Shown one piece after another: positions 1 through 8,870 of a stretch of DNA of 64,000 bases. Position 1 is the stretch's first letter. Each line of letters begins with the position of its first letter. The notes below the pieces were generated by a model. That model did no database searches and had not been told where the DNA came from. It was given only the letters and a program-made list of their open reading frames with translations. The position numbers were made by a program, and so were the translations under genes. The stretch is from an uncultured bacterium. Its GTDB lineage: Bacteria; Acidobacteriota; Thermoanaerobaculia; Multivoradales; JAHZIX01. The stretch lies in the NCBI GenBank assembly GCA_965368975.1, contig CBDUPA010000013.1, forward strand, positions 146,644 through 210,643. Reading direction: 5' to 3'.

Positions 1-9
1 GGAAAAGAA

Positions 10-2310
10 ATGAAGCTACGAAGAGAGATTTCCATCGGTGAAGGGACGCTGATCCTGGAATCCGGCCACCTCGCCAAGCAAGCCGACGGCTCCTGTACCG
101 TCCGCATGGGCGACTCCCTGGTGCTCGCCACCGCCTGCGCCACCAAGAGCGAAGGCACCCGCGACTTCCTGCCCCTGACCGTCGACTACCGCGAGTACAG
201 CTCCGCCGCTGGACGCATTCCCGGCGGCTTCTTCAAGCGCGAGGGTCGGCCTTCCGAAAAGGAAATCATCACTTGCCGCCTGATCGACCGGCCGCTGCGG
301 CCGCTGTTCCCGGAAGGCTACTTCCAGGAAACTCAGATCATCGCTTTCGTCATGTCCGCCGACGGTGACAACGACACGGACATTCTGGCCATCAACGGCG
401 CCTCCACCGCCTTGGTGCTGTCGGACATTCCGTTCTACCACCCGGTGGGCGCCGTGCGCGTCGCCCTGATCGACGATGAAGTCATCTTCAACCCGACGAA
501 CAGCCAGCGCGACGTCTCCGACCTCGACCTGATCGTCGTGGGCACCGAAGAGGCCATCGCGATGGTCGAAGCGGGTGCCAACCAGCTGCCCGAGGACGTC
601 ATTCTCGACTGCATCTTCCAGGCCCACGAGAAGGTCAAGGAGATCATCGAAGCACAGAAGTCGATGTTCATCGAGAGCGGCCTGACCAAGCCGGACTGGG
701 AAGTGCCCCAGCGCTACACCCAGGAAGTCTACGACGAGGTCAAGGCAGCGATCTACGAGCCGCTGTGGAAGGCGTTGCACACCAAGGGCAAGTTCGAGCG
801 CAAGGCGGCCGCCGGTGAGGTGGTCAAGGGCTTCCTGGAGACCATCCCGGAAGAAGACGAGGTGAAGCGCGCTCAGGCCAAGATCGTCGTGTACGTACTG
901 GAAGAAGAGATCCTGCGCGCCGCGATCCTGCAGAACAAGCGCCGTTTCGACGATCGACGCCTTGACGAGATTCGCGATATCGAGATCGTCACCGGCTACC
1001 TACCGCGGACCCACGGTTCGGCCCTGTTCACCCGCGGCGAAACTCAGGCGATGGCCACGGCGACTCTCGGTACCCGTCGCGACGCCCAGATCATCGAGGA
1101 GTACGAGGGCGAGTCGCTGCAGAAGTTCCTGCTGCACTACAACTTCCCGCCCTTCTCCGTCGGCGAGGTGCGTTTCCTGCGTGGTCCCGGTCGGCGTGAG
1201 ATCGGTCACGGCGTGCTCGCGCGCCGCGCACTGACCCCGGTGCTGCCGCACGAGGACGACTTCCCCTATACCGTGCGTGTCGTCTCGGACATCTTGGAGT
1301 CCAATGGCTCCTCGTCGATGGCGACCGTCTGCGGTGGTTCGCTGGCGCTGTTCGATGCCGGTGTACCGATGCTGGCGCCGGTCGCCGGTGTCGCCATGGG
1401 TCTGGTCAAGACCGATGACGGCTTCGCGGTGCTGTCCGACATCGCCGGTCAGGAAGACCACTACGGTGACATGGACTTCAAGGTCGCTGGTACCCGCGAG
1501 GGCATCACCGCCCTGCAGATGGATATCAAGATCAAAGGCGTGAGCCGCGAGATCATGGGCACCGCCCTCGAGCAGGCCAAGGCCGGCCGCTACCACATCC
1601 TCGACCTGATGGAGCGTTCCCTGCCGGCGCCGCGTACCGACCTGTCGCAGTATGCTCCGCGTCTGCACACCATCGAGATCCAGAAGGACAAGATCCGCGA
1701 CGTCATCGGCCCCGGTGGCAAGACGATCCGCTCGATCATCGAAGAGACGGGTTGCGACATCGAGATCGAGAACGACGGCCGCGTCATCATCGCGTCCCCG
1801 GACGCACCGGCGGCGCAACGCGCGATCGAGATCATCGAGCGCCTCACCGAGGTGCCCGAGGTAGGCAAGACCTATGCTGGCCGCGTCACGCGCATCGAGA
1901 GCTTCGGTGCCTTCGTCGAGATTCTCCCCGGCACCGAGGGCTTGCTGCACATCAGTGAGCTGGCCCCCTATCGCGTCGCCGAGGTGACGGACATCGTCAC
2001 TGAGGGTGACGAGGTGACCGTCAAGGTGATCGACATGGACCTCGAGTCCAACCGCATCCGCCTGTCGCGCAAGGCCGTGATCATGGAGGCGCCGGACTAC
2101 AACCCGGCCGACTATGAGGGCATGGACGCGCCCGACACCGGCGGTGGTGACCGAGGAGGTCGCGGTGGCGGCCGAGGCGGTGATCGTCGCGGTGGCGGTG
2201 GTGGCCGTCCCGGTGGCGGCGGCGGCGGCCGTGGTGGTCGTCCGGGCGGCGGTGGTGGCCGTGGCGGTGATCGTCGCGGTGGTGGCGGGGGCCGAGGTGG
2301 CAACCGCTGA
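10..2310 (+). CDS. pnp: Polyribonucleotide nucleotidyltransferase (PNPase) with Gly/Arg-rich C-terminal tail
   Basis: Two RNase PH domains (IPGGFFKREGRP, RREIGHG, ESNGSSSMA, GDMDFKVAG), KH (VIGPGGKTIR) and S1 (FGAFVEILPGTEGLLHISE) domains. Confidence 0.98.
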   Translation: MKLRREISIGEGTLILESGHLAKQADGSCTVRMGDSLVLATACATKSEGTRDFLPLTVDYREYSSAAGRIPGGFFKREGRPSEKEIITCRLIDRPLRPLFPEGYFQETQIIAFVMSADGDNDTDILAINGASTALVLSDIPFYHPVGAVRVALIDDEVIFNPTNSQRDVSDLDLIVVGTEEAIAMVEAGANQLPEDVILDCIFQAHEKVKEIIEAQKSMFIESGLTKPDWEVPQRYTQEVYDEVKAAIYEPLWKALHTKGKFERKAAAGEVVKGFLETIPEEDEVKRAQAKIVVYVLEEEILRAAILQNKRRFDDRRLDEIRDIEIVTGYLPRTHGSALFTRGETQAMATATLGTRRDAQIIEEYEGESLQKFLLHYNFPPFSVGEVRFLRGPGRREIGHGVLARRALTPVLPHEDDFPYTVRVVSDILESNGSSSMATVCGGSLALFDAGVPMLAPVAGVAMGLVKTDDGFAVLSDIAGQEDHYGDMDFKVAGTREGITALQMDIKIKGVSREIMGTALEQAKAGRYHILDLMERSLPAPRTDLSQYAPRLHTIEIQKDKIRDVIGPGGKTIRSIIEETGCDIEIENDGRVIIASPDAPAAQRAIEIIERLTEVPEVGKTYAGRVTRIESFGAFVEILPGTEGLLHISELAPYRVAEVTDIVTEGDEVTVKVIDMDLESNRIRLSRKAVIMEAPDYNPADYEGMDAPDTGGGDRGGRGGGRGGDRRGGGGGRPGGGGGGRGGRPGGGGGRGGDRRGGGGGRGGNR
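2140..2307 (+). repeat. Low-complexity GGN/CGN repeat encoding the RGG/GGGGR tail of PNPase
   Basis: GGDRRGGGGGR occurs twice and GGRPGGGGG twice in the translation. Confidence 0.85.
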
Positions 2311-2356
2311 TCCCTATACCTCTCTCGCCGGCACCACGGGTGCCGGCGGAGAGGGC

Positions 2357-3118
2357 GTGCACCGGGACGAGCTGGCGTCGTACCTGAACGACTACCTGCG
2401 CATCGACCAGTTCAAGGACTACGGTCCGAACGGCCTGCAGGTACAAGGTAAGGAACGCATCCGCAAGCTCGTCACCGGTGTTTCCGCCTGCCAGGAACTC
2501 TTCGTCCGTGCTCGCGAGGCGAGCGCCGACGCGGTGATGGTGCACCACGGGATCTTCTGGGACTACTCCCCTTCCCCGCTCACCGGTATGCAGTACCGAC
2601 GCGTCGCCGAGCTGATCCGAGGTGACGTCAACCTCTTGGCCTATCACCTGCCACTCGACGCCCACCCGGAGCTCGGCAACAATGCCTTGGCCGCGCGGGC
2701 TTTCGGTCTCGAGAACCTCGAGCCCTTCGGCCTCCACAACGGCCAGTACATCGGCTTCAAGGGCGTCTTCCACGACAAGGTCTCGACCAGCGTCCTGGCA
2801 GCCCGCTGCCGTCAGGTCTATGGCGCACGAGAGCCCCTGATCCTCGAAGGCGGCGAAGACTTCGACATCCGCTCCATGGGCATCATCAGTGGCGGTGCGC
2901 AAAAGGAGCTCTACCAGGCCATCGACGCCGGCCTCGATGCTTTCCTCACCGGCGAGGTCAGCGAATGGGTGATGAACGTGGCGCGCGAGAACCGCATCCA
3001 CTTCATTTCAGCCGGTCACTACGCCACCGAAGTATGCGGCATCACGGCCTTGGGGCGCCACGTAGCGGAAGAGTTCGGCATCGAGGTCGAATTCATCGAC
3101 ATCCCGAATTCCGTGTAG
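2357..3118 (+). CDS. Nif3-like dinuclear metal-centre protein (YbgI family)
   Basis: DYGPNGLQVQG, VHHGIFW, YHLPLDAHPELGNN, AGHYATE motifs; GTG at 2357 preceded by GGAGAGG (alternative GTG at 2297). Confidence 0.92.
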   Translation: MHRDELASYLNDYLRIDQFKDYGPNGLQVQGKERIRKLVTGVSACQELFVRAREASADAVMVHHGIFWDYSPSPLTGMQYRRVAELIRGDVNLLAYHLPLDAHPELGNNALAARAFGLENLEPFGLHNGQYIGFKGVFHDKVSTSVLAARCRQVYGAREPLILEGGEDFDIRSMGIISGGAQKELYQAIDAGLDAFLTGEVSEWVMNVARENRIHFISAGHYATEVCGITALGRHVAEEFGIEVEFIDIPNSV

Positions 3119-3149
3119 ATCCTTCGCTCTCCCCAGAGGCCAGGGTGCC

Positions 3150-3192
3150 AAGAAGAACCGGAGCCTTGCCAGAGGCAGCTCCGGTTTTCTTG
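3150..3192. terminator. Probable bidirectional intrinsic terminator between convergent genes
   Basis: AACCGGAGC...GCTCCGGTT stem with inner TGCC/GGCA pairing, A-rich 5' and T-rich 3' flanks. Confidence 0.7.
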
Positions 3193-3215
3193 TGCCATCA
3201 AGGACTCCGCGCCTG

Positions 3216-4340
3216 CTACTGAGCTTTGTCACCTCCGTAGTATTCACGGCGCAGAACCTCGACCAGCCGCTCGTCGACCAGCCCTGGCGGGTTGCCACTG
3301 AAGTCGAGGTCATGGGCTGTACGGAAGGCGTCGACGGCATCGATAGCCTCCTGATCGTAGCTGCCGTAGGCACGCTGGTAGGCGTGAGCCTTCTCGTTGA
3401 ATCCCTGCACCGCCTCGAAGAAGGCTTCCGGCTGACTGCGCATCTGCGTGCGGTCCGCATCGAACTCAGGCGCCTCGGGGAAGCTTTCCAGATCCTTGCG
3501 CCAGAAGCCGAGAGCGTGCAGCATGCGCTTCAACTCGACGACGTCATCCCCCTGGATCGCCGAGAAGCTGCGGTGCCCTAGACGGTTGGCGGTCAGGTAG
3601 TAGATGCGCTTCATCTCGGCGACCGGCGTGGCATGCTCGCCAACGTCGATCGACAGCGAGATGTGGTCGCCACCGCGTCCGTAGACGCCCGGATCGGCGA
3701 CCCGGATGGCGGCACTCTGCAGGCGCCCCCAGCGGCCGTCACCGCCCTTGGCTTGCCCGGCTTCGAGCGCCAGGATCAGGCGCTCGGCCAGCGGCATGTC
3801 CGTACCCGCGGTCGACTCGAAATGGTCGCCCACCGCGTCGACGACTTCGCGGCCCACCAGGATGTTGCCCTGCACTGTGTAGTTGTCTCCCTGACGGCTG
3901 CCCGCCCAGGCATTGTTCTCGCCACCGGTGAAGGCAGCCTTGCGGCCTTCCATATCGATCAGGCCGAGCTGGCGCAGCTCGCGGCCGTTGTCCCCGTCCA
4001 GCAACTGCTCAATGGCAGCCTCCGGCGCGACACCCTGCTCCAGAAGGTCGAGACCTTGACGCCCGTACTCCACCACCGTCCAGCTCTGCGTCGCCACCGC
4101 GCCGACGCCCGCACGCGCCCAGGGCACGGCCCGCCCGACGAACGGCACCCGCGTGGTCACCGCCACGCCACTCTCACCGGTCGCGGGATCGATGGCACAG
4201 ATCGAGAACGTCGCCTCGGCAGGCACAGTACCGAGGACGGCAAGCACGGCAACGAGCCACAGGGTGGAACTGAAGGGCGAACGACCATGCGGAACAGGAC
4301 TGTAGCCAGGGGGCAGGAGCGAGGGACGGCGAGACTTCAT
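3216..4340 (-). CDS. DUF1028 family (Ntn-hydrolase-like) secreted protein with C-terminal peptidoglycan-binding-like domain
   Basis: Signal peptide then TFSICAIDPATGESGVAV, GVGAVATQS, ALEAGQAKGGDGR..QSAA; C-terminal GDDVVELKRMLHALG...GLVD. Confidence 0.85.
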   Translation of the reverse strand: MKSRRPSLLPPGYSPVPHGRSPFSSTLWLVAVLAVLGTVPAEATFSICAIDPATGESGVAVTTRVPFVGRAVPWARAGVGAVATQSWTVVEYGRQGLDLLEQGVAPEAAIEQLLDGDNGRELRQLGLIDMEGRKAAFTGGENNAWAGSRQGDNYTVQGNILVGREVVDAVGDHFESTAGTDMPLAERLILALEAGQAKGGDGRWGRLQSAAIRVADPGVYGRGGDHISLSIDVGEHATPVAEMKRIYYLTANRLGHRSFSAIQGDDVVELKRMLHALGFWRKDLESFPEAPEFDADRTQMRSQPEAFFEAVQGFNEKAHAYQRAYGSYDQEAIDAVDAFRTAHDLDFSGNPPGLVDERLVEVLRREYYGGDKAQ

Positions 4341-4614
4341 GGAGAACCTCCGAGCGTCGTGGTTTCGAGGAATCAGACGAGGGAACCAAAGAACAGTCTA
4401 CCTGGTCCCCTACCACACGACGAGTAGAACCCATGCTTGAGAGTTGGGAGCTTGAGAACTCTTGGGTTATGATGGACCTGCTATTTGCATGACTTCTGCA
4501 GACAGCCGGTAGCCCAACAAGATATCCCAGAGGAAGACCCCATACCAGAGGACCAGATCCAGAGACAGGCGCAGGGATAAGCTCTGGCGACTGTCTCGGG
4601 AGGGAGAGAGAGCT

Positions 4615-6318
4615 ATGAAACCAACCACCATTCTGCTCAGCGTATTGACGGCAGCGCTGACACTGACAGCTCTGGCTGTGCCCATGCCAGCCGCGGCTCA
4701 GTGCGGAGAGACCATTACTCACCTCGGCGGCCGCTCGACGGCAATCGTCCCCGGCGGCGTCAAGGACGCCAAGGGTATGCTGGAGGCACTCGAGAACCCG
4801 AAAGTCCAGTCCATGCTGATGGAGGCCATCCAGCAGGGCTTGGCCCTCGAAGGCATGCCGGTGGACCGAGACCGTGACTTCCGTATCTACGGTGAAATCG
4901 TCTACCAAGCCAAGCAACTCGCCGAGGCGAATGCCGCCCCGCGGGACTACGGGAAGGGCACCCAGCTGTTGTGGATGGCCTACCGCAAGGACGGTGAGGT
5001 CACGCTGCTGGACAAGCCGTGCTGGGGCGCCTCCCGGCCGATGCAGGCCTGGGAAGTCCCCGTCCGCCTCGACGGCAAGATTTACCAGTTCATCATGCCT
5101 CGCCAGTGCATCAACCTGTCGGCCCAGTCAGAGTCGATCCCAGATCCAGACTACGTACCGCCGGCCCCACCGAAGGAAGAGGCCGAGTGTAAGTTGCGCG
5201 CATCGGCCGACAACGAGACCGGCATCATTACGCTCGACGCCAGCGGCTCGAAGGGCACCGTGACCATCGTTGGTGTCACGAACGGCGGCCAGCGCATGGC
5301 TCCGGACGTCACCTCCACCGGCGCCAACCAGTGGCGGTTCCCGAGCCAGGGCGAGGCCCCGAACGGTGACTACGTGTTCACCGCCGAGGCCAAGACCAAG
5401 GACGAAACCAAGACGTGTGAGGCCACGGCCCAGATGACGCCGCCGACCATCGCCTGTAACCTTGCGGCGACCGTCACCGACGACCGTCACATCAACGTCG
5501 CCGTGACACCGCAGGATGTCGAGGTCGAGGGCATGCGGGTCGAGTACACCCTGAACCCGAGCGGGAAGACCGGTTCCGCCTCGCTCGACGACGGCTCGCA
5601 CATGTGGCTGTTCCCCGCCAGAGGCAAGGCCAAGCCGGGCAGCTACAACTTCGTCGCCGACGTTCGTGGTCGCCGTGACGGTAAGGGCACTTGCACCAGT
5701 GGTGACGTCGAGGTTCCCATTCCGCCGTTCCCCACCTGGACCGTGCGCGCCTACGGTGCGCGTCTCGATACGTCGGCGGACGAGTTCTTCCTAGCCAGCA
5801 CCGATCCGGCGACCAACACGATTCCGATCCGCGAGCACTTCAACATCGAGAACGGCAGCGGCTTCGGTTTCGGCCTCGAATACCGTCCGACTCAGAAGAT
5901 CGGTGTCGAAGCCGGCCTGCTCCTGGCCAGCCTGGACGCCAGCTACAAGCTCGACATCGGTAGCGACTGGGCCATGGACCAAGACGACGTCGACTTCACC
6001 GCCTTCACCCTCGGCCTGAACTTCCACCCGCTGGAGACCTCCGGCCGCTTCGACCTGTTCCTGGGACCGTTCATCGGCTTCAGCAACTTCGACGACGCCG
6101 ACTTCAGCGCGTTGGGCACCACCAAGGGGTATGACTTCGACGGTGGCTTCCTGTGGGGCGCCCAGATCGGCTTCGACCTGCTGTTCACCGAAGGTGGCCC
6201 GTGGGCCTTCACCAGCGCGTTACGCTACCTGGAAACTTCCGCTGAGGAGAACAGCTTCGAGATCGATCTCGACGAGCTGATCCTGAGCGCCGGTATCGCG
6301 TACCGCTTCCCGCGCTGA
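4615..6318 (+). CDS. Secreted protein: N-terminal Cys-containing domain, two Ig-like repeats, C-terminal OmpW-like outer-membrane beta-barrel
   Basis: Signal peptide; two ~85-aa Cys-bounded repeats (W.FP..G.A..G.Y.F.A); amphipathic beta-strands ending GIAYRF. Confidence 0.7.
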   Translation: MKPTTILLSVLTAALTLTALAVPMPAAAQCGETITHLGGRSTAIVPGGVKDAKGMLEALENPKVQSMLMEAIQQGLALEGMPVDRDRDFRIYGEIVYQAKQLAEANAAPRDYGKGTQLLWMAYRKDGEVTLLDKPCWGASRPMQAWEVPVRLDGKIYQFIMPRQCINLSAQSESIPDPDYVPPAPPKEEAECKLRASADNETGIITLDASGSKGTVTIVGVTNGGQRMAPDVTSTGANQWRFPSQGEAPNGDYVFTAEAKTKDETKTCEATAQMTPPTIACNLAATVTDDRHINVAVTPQDVEVEGMRVEYTLNPSGKTGSASLDDGSHMWLFPARGKAKPGSYNFVADVRGRRDGKGTCTSGDVEVPIPPFPTWTVRAYGARLDTSADEFFLASTDPATNTIPIREHFNIENGSGFGFGLEYRPTQKIGVEAGLLLASLDASYKLDIGSDWAMDQDDVDFTAFTLGLNFHPLETSGRFDLFLGPFIGFSNFDDADFSALGTTKGYDFDGGFLWGAQIGFDLLFTEGGPWAFTSALRYLETSAEENSFEIDLDELILSAGIAYRFPR

Positions 6319-6364
6319 TCGTTCCTGCAGCAACTCTGGGAGCCTGACCGGCTTCCAGAGCCCC

Positions 6365-6399
6365 AACGGCCCGCCAACCTCTGAGGTGGCGGGCCGTTT
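6365..6399 (+). terminator. Intrinsic terminator hairpin
   Basis: AACGGCCCGCCA / TGGCGGGCCGTT inverted repeat 46 bp after the stop at 6318. Confidence 0.7.
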
Positions 6400-6530
6400 C
6401 CGTCTAGAGTGGCTCAAGTAAGAAGGAACTGTCCAATCACCAACTGGGCCCAAGGAACATAGTTCCAATAAGGGCCCCCAGAATGAAGAGCCATACGACT
6501 AAGGTCAAGATGTTCTCTGCTTGCTGCTCA

Positions 6531-7373
6531 CTATTCTGATTGTTTCCCGTTGGTATCGAACTCGGTGCCTTGGTAAATCTCGTTCCCGGACGCTTCGGCG
6601 AACTGGCCATGCAGAACCTTGACAGCTACAAGCTCGCGGCTGCGTCTATCCCACTTTCCAGACCGTCGCAAAGCCCCCATTTCCCAGAACCCCGATGAGC
6701 TTGTAACGTCCCGTCAGCAAGTCCCCAGGCTTGAGACGCCCTCCCGCCCGAATCTTCCGGCTCATGTCGAGAATCTTGGTATCGATGGTAGACGTGTCTT
6801 CACCTTGAGTCGCAGGATCCTCTTTCTGCTCGTACAGCCGCGTCAGCTCTTCAGTCCACTCGCGCACTTCTTCAGACGGATACTCAACTGCTGGCTCTGG
6901 TGGCAACTGCAGTGTAGAGCCTAGTGCAGCTGGCAAAACCTCAGGCTGTCCGCTCAAGTGTCGATACAGGCTGTGGTACCCGCTCTCAAGGCGGTATCCT
7001 TTAGCGCCACGCAGATCTGAGGGAACAGACTGAGAGTTGTCATCCTCAAAAACAACCGGAATGAAGCGTGTATTCTCTGCCCCAGCATCGTAAAGGCTCT
7101 GCGTCAGAATCGCTCCCTCCCAGCTTGCCCCTTTCTTACGCTTCTTCCTTCATAACAGCGAGCGTACACAGCAGTACAAACAACAAGCACAAAGTCAGCC
7201 GCTTGGATCTGATTCTTCGTCCAGCGCGGCCACCCTTCACTGGGCGACGTTTCATAGCGATCCAAGCGGACGTCAATTCGTTCGGATCGAAGACGCTGTG
7301 CCAGGCTAAGTGCTCGTTGCTTATGTTCAGCAGAAACGTGACTATAACTCACGAAGACTCTGGGCGAACTCAT
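6531..7373 (-). pseudogene. Frameshifted, truncated SEFIR/TIR-domain + Ser/Thr kinase gene
   Basis: RVFVSYSH...GWPRW...ADFVLVVCT (7373-7140); frameshift to KGASWEGAILTQSLYD...RFIPVVF; then RYKLIGVLGNGGFATVWK; second frameshift near 6652 to WDRRSRELVAVKVLHGQFA; stop at 6531 before any catalytic loop. Confidence 0.8.
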
Positions 7374-7520
7374 GGCAGACTGAGTCACCTTTGCGAGCTA
7401 TGGTCAAGAGTAACTTCCGACCATAGCTCACACCTTTGCTCCTGACGTTAGAACGGTCCTCATCTCTACAACCCTACAGCACTGCACGGTCCGCTGAAGA
7501 AGGTAAAAGCTAGCCAGCTC

Positions 7521-8693
7521 TTACGCAATCGCCGAGTCCGGCCGCAACCCCAGCAAGAACTCTTCCCCCGGCAAGCAGAGGATTCCGTCGACCACCAAGC
7601 GCTCGTCGCCACGGTAGATCAGCGCGACTGTGCTCTCTGGGTAGTCCTCACGGAAGGCTTTGAGCGCTCGCAGATCCTGGGGCCGGACCGTCGCTGTGTT
7701 CTTGACTTCCAGAGCATAAAAGCCGGCTTCGCCATAGACCACGAAGTCCACTTCGACGCCCGAACGAGTGCGCCAGTAGAACAGCTTCGCTTCCTGCCGC
7801 GAGTAAGCGATCCAGGCGCGTAGGTGCTGGGCGACCAGACCTTCGAATGCGGTGCCATCGATCTCCTCGACCCGATCCAGAGGGCCACGCGGACGCAGAG
7901 CGCGAAAGACACCAGTATCGAAGAGAAAGAACTTTGGGTGGGCCACGACAGCTCGGCGGGCCCGCTGGGTGAACACCGGTAGGCGGAAACAGAGCAGTAG
8001 GTCTTCGAGCACCTCCAGATAGCCGGCAACCGTGCGGCGCTGCACCTGACAGTCCCGTGCCACGTTGCTGATGTTCAGCACCCCACCGTGAGAGAAGCTA
8101 ACTGCTTCCAAGAACCGTGCAAAGCTGCCCACGTCTCGTACCCAGCCCTCAAACTGGACTTCCTGCTCCAGGTACAGGGCAGCATAGGAACGAACCACGT
8201 CTTCCGGATCCGGCGCGGCCACGACCAGCGGTATTAGGCCATGGCGCAGCGCTTCGGCGAGTCGGAAGTTTGGTAGCTCTGCGGCCATGAACGGATGCAA
8301 CGTCCGGTAGACGGCACGGCCTGCGAGCAGGTCGACACCTTCTCGGCGGAGCTTGCGGGCACTGGAGCCAGTGAGCACGAAGCGCTTGCGCACCGCCCCA
8401 GTAGCAAGCGGTCGTTCCAGCAGGTCGTGTACGACGTTGAGCAGTTCCGGAACACGCTGTACTTCGTCGACCACGACCAGCTCGGTACCGGCAGCACCCT
8501 GCACCAGCTCACTGAGTCTTTCTGGCTTGGACTGGAGACGCCGGTAGACATCCGGCTCCAACAGGTTGACAAATAGCGCGTCTGGAAAGCGATGCTGCAA
8601 CCAGGTGGACTTGCCGGTGCCACGCGGACCGAAGAGGAAGAAGCTCTGTTCCGGTACAGGAAAAAAGCGGCGCTGGAAGTCGAGTCGGCTCAT
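7521..8693 (-). CDS. AAA_14-type ATPase with DUF4143 / PD-(D/E)xK-like C-terminus
   Basis: GPRGTGKST Walker A, VVVDEVQ Walker B, LTGSSA, LLAGRA, PKFFLFDTG, YWRTRSGVEVDFV..ALEVK; start set at ATG 8693. Confidence 0.9.
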   Translation of the reverse strand: MSRLDFQRRFFPVPEQSFFLFGPRGTGKSTWLQHRFPDALFVNLLEPDVYRRLQSKPERLSELVQGAAGTELVVVDEVQRVPELLNVVHDLLERPLATGAVRKRFVLTGSSARKLRREGVDLLAGRAVYRTLHPFMAAELPNFRLAEALRHGLIPLVVAAPDPEDVVRSYAALYLEQEVQFEGWVRDVGSFARFLEAVSFSHGGVLNISNVARDCQVQRRTVAGYLEVLEDLLLCFRLPVFTQRARRAVVAHPKFFLFDTGVFRALRPRGPLDRVEEIDGTAFEGLVAQHLRAWIAYSRQEAKLFYWRTRSGVEVDFVVYGEAGFYALEVKNTATVRPQDLRALKAFREDYPESTVALIYRGDERLVVDGILCLPGEEFLLGLRPDSAIA

Positions 8694-8870
8694 GGTGCAC
8701 TCGTGCAAATCGAGTCGATCTGGGTATGGGTTTTCGACTGATGGTTCATTCTGGCATCTGACTTTCCATTTTGCGACGCAATTTGGAATCCTCGATGCCA
8801 GATTAGCATTCTTCAGCGACTCCTTCAAGGCCCCGATGAAGCCCTGACGCGCGTGCGGTATCATGGCTCT

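Noticed and set aside
2114-2356. Val/Ala-rich N-terminal extension of the Nif3 ORF
   Set aside because: Alternate-frame reading of the pnp Gly/Arg repeat; the real start is probably GTG 2357.
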